Shown here: piece after piece, positions 1 through 10,268 of the stretch
Layout: every line of letters begins with the position of its first letter
Numbering within the stretch: the first letter of the stretch is position 1
DNA from: Candidatus Bathyarchaeota archaeon
Lineage (GTDB): Archaea > Thermoproteota > Bathyarchaeia > Bathyarchaeales > Bathycorpusculaceae
Reading direction: 5' to 3'
Length of the DNA stretch: 64,000 nt
NCBI GenBank assembly: GCA_963767735.1
Contig: CAVYES010000006.1
Span: 192,001 to 256,000, forward strand
The notes under the pieces: model-generated
Database searches by the model: none
Told to the model about the DNA's origin: nothing
The model's input: the letters and a program-made list of their open reading frames with translations, nothing else
Translations under genes and position numbers: made by a program

Positions 1-447
1 CGCAGCATCAACGCCCATTTGCTTGAGCGCTGGCAAAAGCACGTATCGCATGTAGTTGATGGTTGGGGCGTGAGTGGTGTCTGTTCCGCCTTTAGCCACA
101 TGCAAACGCACAGGATTATCAGCGAACAAACAAATAGGCAACGTCGCCAACAGCAGCATTGGGATGCTTCCAGCAGTTTGGATTTCTGCTTCAATATTGC
201 CGCCTTTTATTTGCTGAGGCGTAAACCAAAGCTCCCTTGAACCTAAGGTTGCTCCTTGCACTTTGGCGTTGCAGAGTTTGGCCGCCGTCAACACTGCTTC
301 CAAATGCTGATGTTTTAAGCCTGGTTGAGGACGGTTTTGTCTAATGTTAAAGATGTGCAGTGGCTGTTTTATGATGGCTGCTAAAGCTACGGAAAGGCGA
401 AGTATTGTGCCGCTTCCGCTTTTTTGGCTTCCGTCAATTTCAATCAT
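1..447 (-). CDS. rtcA: RNA 3'-terminal phosphate cyclase, 5' part (runs off window start)
   Basis: Manual translation MIEIDGSQKSGSGTILRLSVALAAIIKQPLHIFNIRQNRPQPGLKHQHL...GGTDTTHAP matches the RtcA N-terminus; absent from the ORF track because it is truncated. Confidence 0.9.
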   Translation of the reverse strand, partial: MIEIDGSQKSGSGTILRLSVALAAIIKQPLHIFNIRQNRPQPGLKHQHLEAVLTAAKLCNAKVQGATLGSRELWFTPQQIKGGNIEAEIQTAGSIPMLLLATLPICLFADNPVRLHVAKGGTDTTHAPTINYMRYVLLPALKQMGVDAA

Positions 448-539
448 GCTCTTTTTTCTTCCAGACTTAAGCTATTGTGTGTATTGCAAATAATTAATAA
501 GCGTCTTGGGATTATTTAGGAGTTTAAGGGAGCGTTTGG

Positions 540-940
540 ATGAGTACTGACAAAGAAAAGCTCAATGAGCTAATCGGAAAGGTTGACAAAATTCTTAAAG
601 CTTTAAGCGACATTTCAGAAGAAATGCGTTCCGTTTCAGCATCAATGAAATCTCTTGCACGGAGGTCAAATTACTCAGCCACCCGTTACTCAAGCGCCAG
701 CACCGCACTGAGGCTGGTGCAAAACAGAGGTCGCTTGATGAAATTCGCATGTCATTTCCTGAGGAGCTTGAAGCCCGATTAAGCTTTGAGGAGAAGGGCG
801 ATTACATAATAATTAAACCTAAGCAGTTTTTGGGTTCAGAAAACTTTGCAAAAATCGCTTCCGCAGTACGAGGCATGGGCGGAGAATACATCAGCGCTGG
901 AAAAGATTCACATTTTAGGGTGCCAAAGAAAAAAGCGTAA
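540..940 (+). CDS. Conserved archaeal hypothetical protein (coiled-coil N-terminus), split by a frameshift
   Basis: ORFs 540..782 and 749..940 overlap in different frames and read as one protein ending [34 protein letters not shown]. Confidence 0.6.
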
Positions 941-944
941 CTTA

Positions 945-1221
945 CTATAGCGTCTCGAAATCTGCTAAATTCTCCACGATAAGGCTCCCATAAAACATCA
1001 ACGTTTGTTACTCTTGCAGAAGAAGGACCATGATGGCAATATTCCACAAGCGCTTTAACCGCTTCTTCTTCGCCTTCAAAAACTGCTTCAACTCTGCCAT
1101 CAGGTAAATTTCTAACCCAACCATTAACGCCTAAGCTTTCTGCTTGCTGCTTAGTTTTTTGCCTAAAGAAAACACCTTGAACTCTGCCGCTTACAAACAC
1201 ATGAACTCTAGCTTTAACCAT
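945..1221 (-). CDS. acyP: Acylphosphatase
   Basis: [11 protein letters not shown] and [12 protein letters not shown] signatures; the long tail in the ORF track is probably a frameshift artefact, true stop near 945. Confidence 0.9.
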
Positions 1222-1295
1222 TAGCTTTCTCAAGTAAAATTAAACGGATTCAAATTTAAAAATCTAATTTTAATAAAAAAAGAAAAAATGGAGTT

Positions 1296-1734
1296 TTAAT
1301 CCCAAACACTGATTTTTTCTCCAACAGTGTACAAGAAAATGCTTGCTGAAGATGGCCCTAACCACTTGAATTTGTTGACTAAATCTTTAACTACGTTTTC
1401 ATAGTTGTTTGATTTATCTAGGCTGTCAAGGTATTTTTGGAATGAACCGTATTGTTTTTCTATGGCTTTGAAGTTTTGTGCGTTTTGTATGATTGCTTGA
1501 ATTTTGCCTTTATTTCTGAATAATTTCTGGGTCTTTCATAAGTCTTTCAACGTCAGCGTTGGTGAAGCATGCGACTTTTTCGATTTTGAAATTTGAAAAT
1601 GCTTTCTTGATTGATGGCCATTTATTGTCAATTACATGCCAGTTTAAGCCTGCTTGAAAAATAACTCGGCACATGTTTTCAAAGTATTCTTCGTCGGTGC
1701 TTGGGCGCTTCTCTCGGTACCACCATTCAGGCAT
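1296..1734 (-). CDS. tag: DNA-3-methyladenine glycosylase I family, frameshift near 1515
   Basis: FQAGLNW..I..K...IKKAF; continues in another frame as RNKGKIQAIIQNA...FKWLGPSSASIFLYTVG. Confidence 0.8.
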
Positions 1735-1775
1735 CTGCCAATGTTCTGTTCTTGCATAAAATCAGCTCTTAAAGT

Positions 1776-2201
1776 TTACTTCCATTCCCAGATTGCAATG
1801 TTGAGTTCAGTCCACATTGGGTCTGTCGCTTCAAAAGTGACAACAGCAATCGTGTCGTTGAGCCAGCCTAGTTTCTCTGACATCGTCATGAAAGTCCATA
1901 ACCCTACGCTTGTCGGGTTCTTGCCCATCGCCATCTTCATCAAGCTAACTCCTTTCACTATGCCCATATCACCAGTCATCGTCATCATCATTCCTTGATC
2001 TTTCGACCAAGCGATGCCTTTAGGAGGAGTCATGCTTTTTCCTGTCACGTTGAGGTTGCAGTCTACGCCTTTAGCTTTCCCCATGCCTTTCATTTGAGCC
2101 GTCCACGTATAGATTGAAGTAACGCCTTCCATTCCAACTGATTTTATGAAGCCTGCTCCACTTTTGCCTTTGCCTTCCCATAATTTTTCGCCAATCGCCA
2201 T
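1776..2201 (-). CDS. Hypothetical protein, Met/Gly-rich, predicted beta-rich
   Basis: ORF MAIGEKLWEGKGK...IWEWK with a GAGGTG SD upstream of the ATG at 2201. Confidence 0.7.
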   Translation of the reverse strand: MAIGEKLWEGKGKSGAGFIKSVGMEGVTSIYTWTAQMKGMGKAKGVDCNLNVTGKSMTPPKGIAWSKDQGMMMTMTGDMGIVKGVSLMKMAMGKNPTSVGLWTFMTMSEKLGWLNDTIAVVTFEATDPMWTELNIAIWEWK

Positions 2202-2388
2202 TTTTTTCACCTCACACATAAGAATGGATTTTTTATCGAATTTAAGCAGTTGTGGTTGCCCGTACACAACAACATTTTAAGCGTTTTGTACGGTTCACTT
2301 TCACTCACCCCTCCCCTGCTTGAAACAGTCGTTTCATGACTTGTTTTAAAAGAGTTTTTTCGCATACTGCGGTGTTGGTGAGTATGTC

Positions 2389-2728
2389 ATGTTCAAAGGA
2401 AACAGTGGGAAACTGATGGTTTATGCGTCAACTGGCGTTCCAGGCAGGAAACGGTTGGAATCAGTTAGAACTGCCACACAGGAAACGGCTAAGCGTTTAA
2501 ATTTAGATTTTGAAGATGGTGAAGTTGGATAGGGCTGGTTCGCCGATTTACGTTTACTATGAAGAAACCGGCGGTGAGGAACCTATTCCGCTGTATTGTG
2601 ATGAAGGAAAAATGTCTGATTTAGAGGGAATAAGTTCAGCGTTGAGAAGCATGATGTTTGTTTTGTCTTTTCATCCTAAGCATTCAGCGCTGAGGCAGAT
2701 GAGAAAAGAAATCCTTAAACTTTCCTGA
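2389..2728 (+). CDS. Hypothetical protein, frameshift near 2512
   Basis: MFKGNSGKLMVYASTG...RLNLDFE joins ORF 2510..2728 (MVKLDRAGSPIYVYY...FHPKH). Confidence 0.6.
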
Positions 2729-3057
2729 AACGGATCGCTTGGTTTTCCAGTATTACTTCGTAAACTTGGTTTACATCAAAGCTGATGCCTAAGCTGTCGT
2801 ATTCATGCTCAGTTAAGAACAGGATTATTTTTGGTGTTGCAAGCTGGGTTTTTTGCGGCAGGAAGGGCATTTGCTGTTGGAGTGCTTGCATGATGTCCTG
2901 CGCCATTTTTGCTTCATCTGATTGTGGTCTTAGCACGTAGGGGTTGACTTCTCTGCTCTTCAAGCAGCTCGATTCTTTTTCCAAGGTTACCGTCTAAATC
3001 GCGGGTTGACTCAATTTTGTTTACTCTCACGCGGAACATTTCGGGTTCACTTCTCAT
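2715..3057 (-). CDS. Arcadin-1 homolog, frameshift near 2955
   Basis: Joined sequence MFRVRVNKIESTRDLDGNLGKRIELLEE/REVNP...PKIILFLTEHEYDSLGISFDVNQVYEVILENQAIRF resembles crenarchaeal arcadin-1 (P.I.L.LTE.E...G...V..V.E...EN.AI). Confidence 0.7.
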
Positions 3058-3088
3058 TTAGGAAATATTAAGTCACAGATTTAATTCT

Positions 3089-3523
3089 TTACACTAACTG
3101 CCTAGTATTTCTTCATCGAGGTATTTTCTTATTCCAAAGCGACGCAAAGATCCAATCACTTTAACAAGTTCTTCTTTCGATTCGGGATTAGCGATTTCCC
3201 GAAAATTGTTGAACCTTATGAAAGTCATCATTAATCTTCCGTCGCGAAGTTTTTGTATTCTTCAAACGATTCAAAATAGCTTTCACTGCCAAACTTTTCC
3301 CACAAACCCTGAAAATTGCCAATTAAACGCTCAAGAAAATTCGCGGCACCTAAACCTGGCTTTTTCTTGTAACATAAAACAGTAGCTGCTCAGCCTTTGT
3401 GGGGGCAACCCGGTTTTTTCTGATAAAAACGTGCGTTCCCATATGTGCGCTGTTGCGCTGACATAATCGGTTCCAATATTTTTCGTCAACCGTTAATATG
3501 TACGCATAGTGTTCATTGGTCAT
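3089..3523 (-). CDS. PUA/ASCH-like (DUF365-like) protein with several frameshifts
   Basis: Manual translation MTNEHYAYILTVDEKYWNRL...LLFYVTRK.Q/..GAANF...LWEKFGSESYFESFEEYKNF; its ATG overlaps the PadR stop (ATGA). Confidence 0.45.
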
Positions 3524-4176
3524 AGCATTGAGCTTCCTTGACTGCTGTTAGAAGCGGTTGCCAAATAACAGTTTCGCTTGTTCCCTATGCTGGCGCTTGG
3601 GGCGAATTGACGTGTTGCTTGTTTCTTTATTTCTTTAATTCTTTTGTCGATTTGTTTAAGTCGTTCCTGCATCATTTTGACTGTTTCATAAGCGTGTTTT
3701 CGTTCATGTTCCAAGTGCTTCAGGTTTTCTTCGCTGTTTGCATTTTCTTCAAGGAACGGACTAAAAGGAGAAGGCATGCTCGGCATAGACGCGGTAGTCT
3801 CGATGTTTAAGACGTCTCTGGAGAATTCTCGGAAAAGATTGCCGATATTATTGAATATTTCAGCTTGTTTTACAATGGCTCGTCTGAGAATAAGCTCTCC
3901 TGACTCAGTGATATTGTAAACTTTGAGCCTGCGGTTTTTCTGTTTTTCCCAATGTCCCTTAATGTACCCTGATTTTTCCAAGTCGCGCAGAATTGGGTAG
4001 ACGCCGCCTGCTGTGGGTTGCCAGAAGCCTTTGGTTCGGCTATTGATTTCTTTCATGATTTCGTAGCCATGGGAAGGTTTCTTGTTTAGAAGAATTAGGA
4101 CTCCCATGCGTATGTAGCCTTTTTGGGCTTCTTTCAGCCAGTTTGCAGTTGTCTTTTCTTCTTTTTCTGTTGTCAT
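3520..4176 (-). CDS. PadR-family transcriptional regulator
   Basis: LILLNKKPSHGYEIMKEI...GGVYPILRDLEKSGYI...RRLKVYNITESG winged-helix motif; divergent from ABC genes. Confidence 0.9.
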   Translation of the reverse strand: MTTEKEEKTTANWLKEAQKGYIRMGVLILLNKKPSHGYEIMKEINSRTKGFWQPTAGGVYPILRDLEKSGYIKGHWEKQKNRRLKVYNITESGELILRRAIVKQAEIFNNIGNLFREFSRDVLNIETTASMPSMPSPFSPFLEENANSEENLKHLEHERKHAYETVKMMQERLKQIDKRIKEIKKQATRQFAPSASIGNKRNCYLATASNSSQGSSML

Positions 4177-4202
4177 TGTCTTTCAAATCTATATTGTATT
4201 TG

Positions 4203-4234
4203 GGTAATACTTATATTTTACCGCAATATATTGC
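4203..4234. promoter_or_regulatory. Candidate PadR operator in the divergent promoter
   Basis: Perfect palindrome GCAATATATTGC (4223-4234) next to a GGTAA-N10-TTACC inverted repeat. Confidence 0.4.
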
Positions 4235-4268
4235 AATGAATACTATTCCAAAATTAGAGGTCAACAAA

Positions 4269-5288
4269 ATGGCAAGCGACTCAATAATCGAGGTCAAGGA
4301 CCTTACAAAGATCTTCGGCAAATTTACAGCCGTGGACAATATATCATTTGACGTCAAAAAAGGTGAAATCTTTGGTTTACTCGGTCCCAACGGAGCAGGC
4401 AAAAGCACAACGCTGCGCATGCTTTCTACTTTAGCCCGTCCAACCAGTGGGACGGCCATAATAGGTGGCTATGATATAGTTAAGCACGATACAGACGTGC
4501 GCAAGCTCATCGGTATTGTTTCCGAGAAAATGATAATGTACAATCGCTTAACCGCCAGAGAGAACTTGTGGTTTTTCGGCAGCCTCTTTAACATTCCGAA
4601 AGATGTTTTAACAAAACGAATTGATGAACTTTTGGAACTGGTACAGCTGACCCAGTGGAAGAACGCTCAAGTAGGCACTTTTTCAACTGGTATGCGCCAG
4701 AGGATGAACGTGGTTCGAGCCTTGCTCAATTTGCCTCAGGTGCTGTTTTTGGATGAACCAACCCTAGGTTTAGATCCTCAGTCCTCGGTTGAAATCCGAG
4801 AATTTGTAAGGAAACTGAATAAGGAAAACGGCACAACAGTTGTTTTAACGACTCACATGATGGTTGACGCTGATCTGCTGTGTGACCGCATAGCCATTGT
4901 AGACCACGGTAAAATTGTGGCATTAGATACATCCCCGAACTTGAAAAAAACGATAACTGGAGCGGATACATCCATAATAAAATTAACCATACCTAATCTC
5001 TCCCCAGACCTCTTAGCAAAACTTCAGGCGCTTGAATGCGCGGATGCTGTTACCCAAGAGAGCCCAAATGAGCTTAAAGTTTTGGTGCATGGAAACGAAG
5101 CTTTTGACAACATCATTGATGCCATAAGAACCAACGGTGGAAAAATAAGTTCTATGGAGAATTTGCAACCAACCCTTGAAGACGTGTTCCTTCACATTAC
5201 AGGTCATCAGGTACGAGACAGCGCAACCGAGAAAATCCCCATGGAACACAGGCGTTTTGGTCAACAAGCGCAAAGTAGGATTCGGTGA
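4269..5288 (+). CDS. ABC-2 type (DrrA-like) exporter ATP-binding protein
   Basis: Walker A GPNGAGKST, signature FSTGMRQR, Walker B LFLDEPT. Confidence 0.92.
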   Translation: MASDSIIEVKDLTKIFGKFTAVDNISFDVKKGEIFGLLGPNGAGKSTTLRMLSTLARPTSGTAIIGGYDIVKHDTDVRKLIGIVSEKMIMYNRLTARENLWFFGSLFNIPKDVLTKRIDELLELVQLTQWKNAQVGTFSTGMRQRMNVVRALLNLPQVLFLDEPTLGLDPQSSVEIREFVRKLNKENGTTVVLTTHMMVDADLLCDRIAIVDHGKIVALDTSPNLKKTITGADTSIIKLTIPNLSPDLLAKLQALECADAVTQESPNELKVLVHGNEAFDNIIDAIRTNGGKISSMENLQPTLEDVFLHITGHQVRDSATEKIPMEHRRFGQQAQSRIR

Positions 5289-6481
5289 TAAACATGACAG
5301 CAAAATCTCTAATTTCTCATACTGCCAGAATCGCGTGGAAAGACCTAACTGAACTATTTAGAAACCGACTAGGCTTAATTCTACTCATAGTGATGCCTCT
5401 GTTTATGATGGTTATGGTTGGCTTTATTTATCCATCCGGCAATGTCACGCCGAACAGTATGCCTTTCGGTTTGGTGAATCAAGATTCAGGCTTTAACAAT
5501 AGTACTATTCCAAGCCAAACTTTCATCACGGGCTTTCAAATGATGAACAATCAGACACACATGCTGACGCTGTCCACAAGTTCAAGTATAGCTGACATCA
5601 AAAGCGAGATTCAAAAGGGCACAATAGATGGCGCCGTAATCATACCTAGCAATTTCTCGGAAAGCGTCCTGAGCGGCGAACAGGGAACGCTGATTGTAAT
5701 AACTGACCAGTCTAACCCAACAGTATCATCTGAATTGCAGGCAGCTGTCTCCGATGAAATTAACAGTTTGGGCACACAGCTTGCAGAGCAAAGAGTTCAA
5801 AGCCTATCTTCAAATGTAACTGCGAATAATTCTCTCGCCATTGTTCAACCTTATACTGTTCCGGCCCCTGCGAGTACGAGCTACTTTAGCTTCATTGCAC
5901 CTGGAATGGTTATGTTGACTGTCATGATGAGTGTCATGACGGGGTTGCCTGTTGCGATATCTCAGGAGAGAGAAGTTGGTACGATGGACGGTATGATGGT
6001 CGCTCCAATCAATCGGTTATCTATCATATTGGGAAAAGCTTTAGGCCAGACTGGTCGTGGGTTAATTCAAGGCGTCATAGTAATGGCTTTGGCTCTAGGG
6101 CTATTCGGCGTTGTGATTCATGGAAGCATAGTCCTCGTGTCCGCTTTGCTGCTGCTGGGTGTATTCTCATTCGTTGGTTTAGGTATCGTGTTGACGTCTC
6201 TCGCAAAGGATCAGGAAACGGCGCAGATGATGATGATGACGCTGATGTTTCCAATGATGTTCCTTAGCGGTGTTATGTTCCCACTACAGCAGATGCCTTG
6301 GTACATGCAGGACATTGCAAAATTCCTTCCGTTAACATATGCTGCTGATGCCATGAGAAAAGTCATGGTGCTAGGCGCTGGCGTCGGTGACATCTCTACA
6401 GATCTAATAATCTTGATAGCGTTCGGTGTAATCATGATTGCAATTGCAGTCCCGCTATTCAGAAGAATGATGACAAAGTAG
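5285..6481 (+). CDS. ABC-2 type exporter permease
   Basis: Several TM segments, EREVGT motif, FLSGVMFP..MP.YMQ...FLPLTYA; overlaps the ATPase stop. Confidence 0.9.
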   Translation: MINMTAKSLISHTARIAWKDLTELFRNRLGLILLIVMPLFMMVMVGFIYPSGNVTPNSMPFGLVNQDSGFNNSTIPSQTFITGFQMMNNQTHMLTLSTSSSIADIKSEIQKGTIDGAVIIPSNFSESVLSGEQGTLIVITDQSNPTVSSELQAAVSDEINSLGTQLAEQRVQSLSSNVTANNSLAIVQPYTVPAPASTSYFSFIAPGMVMLTVMMSVMTGLPVAISQEREVGTMDGMMVAPINRLSIILGKALGQTGRGLIQGVIVMALALGLFGVVIHGSIVLVSALLLLGVFSFVGLGIVLTSLAKDQETAQMMMMTLMFPMMFLSGVMFPLQQMPWYMQDIAKFLPLTYAADAMRKVMVLGAGVGDISTDLIILIAFGVIMIAIAVPLFRRMMTK

Positions 6482-6811
6482 AAAACGCTGGGAAGAAAAC
6501 TTGAGTACACTCTGCTCTAAATGCCCTTTCTTTCAACTTGCTCCACTGATAAAGCGTAAGAACGCGCGCAAACGCTGCCGCATTGAACCCCAAAGGCAAC
6601 TGCGAATCTACGAATGCAAAGACTTCCCAAAAAAGAGGTTCTTCTGAATCTAAAGTGGACATTTTTCTTTTTTTCTGTGGCATTAGTCTTAGATTGAATA
6701 TTGACAGCCTAAAACAGCTTTTAATGCTGCGTTGACGGCTGTTTTCATGAAGTTGCCCCCGTTACGGTTTTATATGCTGCAAGCATAGAAATGAAAAGAA
6801 GAGAATAAGCT

Positions 6812-8254
6812 ATGTCAGATACTGGAGTTACCGTAAAGAAAAACCAAGACTTCTCCGAATGGTACGTTCAAGTGGTTCAGAAAGCTGAACTTGCAGATTA
6901 CGCACCCGTTAAAGGCTGCATGATTATCCGCCCAGATGCATACGCCGTTTGGGAAAGAATCCAGGAAATTCTCAACAAAAAAATCAAAGCCACAGGCGTG
7001 CGCAACGTGTATTTTCCTATGTTCATCCCAGAAGCTTTCCTGAAAAAGGAAGCTGAGCATTTTGCGGGTTTTACCCCTGAAGTTGCTTGGGTTACTCAGG
7101 GAGGAGACACACCGCTTGAAGAGAAACTTGCGGTTAGGCCAACCAGCGAAACCATAATGTATGACACCTTCAACAAATGGGTTCGCAGCTGGCGTGACTT
7201 GCCAATTAAGATTAACCAGTGGTGCAACATTGTCCGCTGGGAAACCAAAGCCACAAAACTGTTTCTGCGCACAAGAGAGTTCCTCTGGCAAGAAGGTCAC
7301 ACCGCACATGCAACAAGTGAGGAAGCGGAAGCCGAAGTGATGTATGCGCTTGGTGAATACGAAGACATAATCGAGAACTACCTTGCGATTCCAGTGTTGG
7401 TGGGCACGAAGAGCGATAGCGAAAAGTTTGCGGGCGCACTCTACACAACCGCTCTGGAGTCAATAATGCCTGACGGGAAAGCTTTGCAGATGGGAACCAG
7501 CCATAACCTGGGTCAGCACTTCGCTAAAGTGTTTGAGATAAAATACATCGGCGAAGATAAAGCGGACCATTATGTTTGGCAGACCAGCTGGGGCATAACT
7601 ACAAGGCTCATCGGTGCAATGATTATGGTTCATGGTGACGACAAAGGTTTAATCATGCCTCCGAAAGTAGCGCCGGTCCAGATTGTCATTGTACCAATCC
7701 TCTTCAAAAGCGCCGAGGCAGAAACGATCAACGCCAAAGCAAAAGAAATCTCTGAAACTCTAAAGGCAAAAGGCTTTAGCGTGATTTTAGATGACCGCGA
7801 AGAGTACACGCCAGGCTGGAAATTTAACCAGTGGGAACTCAAAGGCGTGCCAATCAGAATAGAACTTGGACCGCGCGACCTCAAACAAGGCCAAGTCGTA
7901 ATGGTAAGACGGGATACAGGTCAAAAAACACCAGTTAAAGAAGCAGACATCCCCGCTACTGTCGATAAGCTTCTAGCGGAAATTCAGGATAACCTATTTG
8001 CAAAAGCCAAAGCAATACTGCAAGAAAAAACCACCAGCGTGAATAGTTATGAGGAATTCAAAAAGGTCGTTTGCGACAAAGGCGGCTTTTTGAAGGCAGC
8101 ATGGTGCGGCAACGCTGACTGTGAAGCAAAAATTAAAGATGAAACCGGCGCCACCATCAGAGTTCGACCTTTCCAACGGGAAGAGCCTTCAACGAACTGC
8201 GTTTACTGTGGGCAGACGGCTAAGGAAATGGTGTATTTTGCAAGGTCGTATTGA
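6812..8254 (+). CDS. proS: Proline--tRNA ligase, archaeal/eukaryotic type
   Basis: RPTSET, FLRTREFLWQEGHT, QTSWGITTR, C-terminal FARSY. Confidence 0.97.
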   Translation: MSDTGVTVKKNQDFSEWYVQVVQKAELADYAPVKGCMIIRPDAYAVWERIQEILNKKIKATGVRNVYFPMFIPEAFLKKEAEHFAGFTPEVAWVTQGGDTPLEEKLAVRPTSETIMYDTFNKWVRSWRDLPIKINQWCNIVRWETKATKLFLRTREFLWQEGHTAHATSEEAEAEVMYALGEYEDIIENYLAIPVLVGTKSDSEKFAGALYTTALESIMPDGKALQMGTSHNLGQHFAKVFEIKYIGEDKADHYVWQTSWGITTRLIGAMIMVHGDDKGLIMPPKVAPVQIVIVPILFKSAEAETINAKAKEISETLKAKGFSVILDDREEYTPGWKFNQWELKGVPIRIELGPRDLKQGQVVMVRRDTGQKTPVKEADIPATVDKLLAEIQDNLFAKAKAILQEKTTSVNSYEEFKKVVCDKGGFLKAAWCGNADCEAKIKDETGATIRVRPFQREEPSTNCVYCGQTAKEMVYFARSY

Positions 8255-10106
8255 CAAGTGACTCGTTTTCTAATTTAATGTGCGCAGATAGCTGTTTAGC
8301 CTCTTCAGCTAAACCCAGCCGTTCCAGAGTCGACTGCTTTGGTACCCCCTGTTCGTTCCAGCCTCTTTTCTCATAATAAGCCTTCAGCATCCCCTTGTAT
8401 TTGTCTAGGTCAAGCACCGAGCCTTTCAATGCGCCCTGAGTTAATGGTTCTTTAAACCACCTCATAGGCGGAACATCCAACTCTCTGCTCCATTTTTCCC
8501 TGTACTCTCGCACCCAAAAAGCACGAATCAAATTGAGTACTCTATCGCCGATTTGGTTTAGCTGCTCTAAAGAAAATTCTACTCCAGTGGCTGCCTGCAA
8601 GTATTTTTGGTACCATTCAAGCTCAAATCCCAGTTGGTTGTAGGGGAAACGGCAGACGGTTAATGCTTCAAAGACTCCGCCGCGGATAAGCTGGGTTTCA
8701 ATGAGGCGGTCAACCTTTGCTGAATCGTAGTTTGCTCTGCCCGCCTTTATTTCCCACGTTATTAGCCAAGCGTCTTTATGGTGGGCTCCTATGGAGCTGG
8801 TGCCGTAGGCTAAAGCCATTCCGGGCGCGGCGTGGCAGTCGTAAGCGGAAACCTCCAAGCCCTTGACATGCATTGCCCAATCGCTCGACCCACTGCCAAC
8901 AGTTGCAGAAGCGGCTCGGGCTCCATCAGCTAAAACTGCGCCCAAACCACGTCTATACGCAACATCTTCAATCAGTACTTTAATCTCTTCAAACTGGCCC
9001 CAACCAATCTTCTCAGCTATCAGTCCTTTCTCGGAGGCTTCCATGGCGAAGCCAAGCACGTTACCAAGAGAAATAGCATCACAACCAAGTTCATCTGCCA
9101 TGCGGTTCAAAGTCGCTACCTGCGCCAGATTGCCTAAGCCGATGTTGGAGCCAAGCATAACAATGTTTTCGTAATCTAACTCTGAATCTTTTCCTTCACA
9201 GTCTTTAACAACGTTGCCACAGGTCATGTTGCACTGTGGGCACCCGCGGTTTGAAACCTTGATTTTTTCCATGGCAAATCCGCCGATTTCCTCCGCTTTA
9301 TCGAAAACCCCTTCCCTGTAATTGAAAGTGGGAAGAGCACTGTTCTCTTGGGAATATTCTACTGTTGACATGGTTCCCTGCCGCTTCCAAAAAGGATAGA
9401 GCGATTTAGTTTGGAGTTCTCGGTAACCGTCTACTGCCAGCTTTCGCATACCATTTGGGTCTGCAAGCGATATTTGACCTGTGCCTTCAATAACTATGGC
9501 TTTCAGATTTTTGGAGCCCATGACAGCGCCCATTCCAGGTCGCCCGCCGGAGCGTCCCTCCTGCGAAACAACAGTTGCAAACTTTACTTGGTTCTCTCCA
9601 GCCTGACCAATCGAGACTATGCCTGCAGAACGCGAATATTTCTTTACCAGCCCTTCATGAGTTTCAAAAGAGTTCAACCCCCAAAAATCCTTGGCGTCAA
9701 CAAACTCGCAGTCTTTATCTTTGATGTGGAGAATAACTGGTTTGAGAGCTTTGCCCTCGATGATTAATGCGTCGTAACCTGACCTGCGCATATTCACAGA
9801 CGCCATGCTTCCCATGTTTCCGTCGCCGTAACCGCCGGTTAAAGGGCTTTTCGAGGCAACAACAAGCTTGCCGCTGTTCGGTAAACCAACGCCTGTCAGG
9901 GGTCCAGTGGCAAAAATCAGCTTGTTTTCAGGTGAAAGCGGGTCGGTTCCCCGTTTAAGGTGGTCCCAGAGGATTTTAACTGCGAAGCCTCTGCCGCCCA
10001 GAAAATTCAACGCCAAAGCTTCATCATATTTCTCTGAAACAGCCTTACTTTTTGTTAAATCTATATTTAGGAAATTACCTGTCCAGCCAAACAACTTGTT
10101 CACCAA
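8220..10106 (-). CDS. aor: Tungsten-dependent aldehyde:ferredoxin oxidoreductase family
   Basis: KSPLTGG, GRPGMGAVMGSKNLKAI, CPQCNMTC, LGCDAISLG, YYEKRGW. Confidence 0.92.
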   Translation of the reverse strand: MVNKLFGWTGNFLNIDLTKSKAVSEKYDEALALNFLGGRGFAVKILWDHLKRGTDPLSPENKLIFATGPLTGVGLPNSGKLVVASKSPLTGGYGDGNMGSMASVNMRRSGYDALIIEGKALKPVILHIKDKDCEFVDAKDFWGLNSFETHEGLVKKYSRSAGIVSIGQAGENQVKFATVVSQEGRSGGRPGMGAVMGSKNLKAIVIEGTGQISLADPNGMRKLAVDGYRELQTKSLYPFWKRQGTMSTVEYSQENSALPTFNYREGVFDKAEEIGGFAMEKIKVSNRGCPQCNMTCGNVVKDCEGKDSELDYENIVMLGSNIGLGNLAQVATLNRMADELGCDAISLGNVLGFAMEASEKGLIAEKIGWGQFEEIKVLIEDVAYRRGLGAVLADGARAASATVGSGSSDWAMHVKGLEVSAYDCHAAPGMALAYGTSSIGAHHKDAWLITWEIKAGRANYDSAKVDRLIETQLIRGGVFEALTVCRFPYNQLGFELEWYQKYLQAATGVEFSLEQLNQIGDRVLNLIRAFWVREYREKWSRELDVPPMRWFKEPLTQGALKGSVLDLDKYKGMLKAYYEKRGWNEQGVPKQSTLERLGLAEEAKQLSAHIKLENESLVNTTLQNTPFP

Positions 10107-10268
10107 AAATGTTCAATGTACTCAAAGGGGATTCAGAAATAAAAATATGTTGAAAGTGGCATTTGCAATTTAGCTTTTCTAATTAGACGGGAGGTGTAAT
10201 TATGTTGTTTAATCTTAGGAACATTTATTTTTTCCCACTGCAAGTGTTTGGGTAACAGGTAACAAAAC

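Noticed and set aside
6459-6683. 74-aa minus-strand ORF
   Set aside because: No recognisable motif and it overlaps the permease end; unsupported
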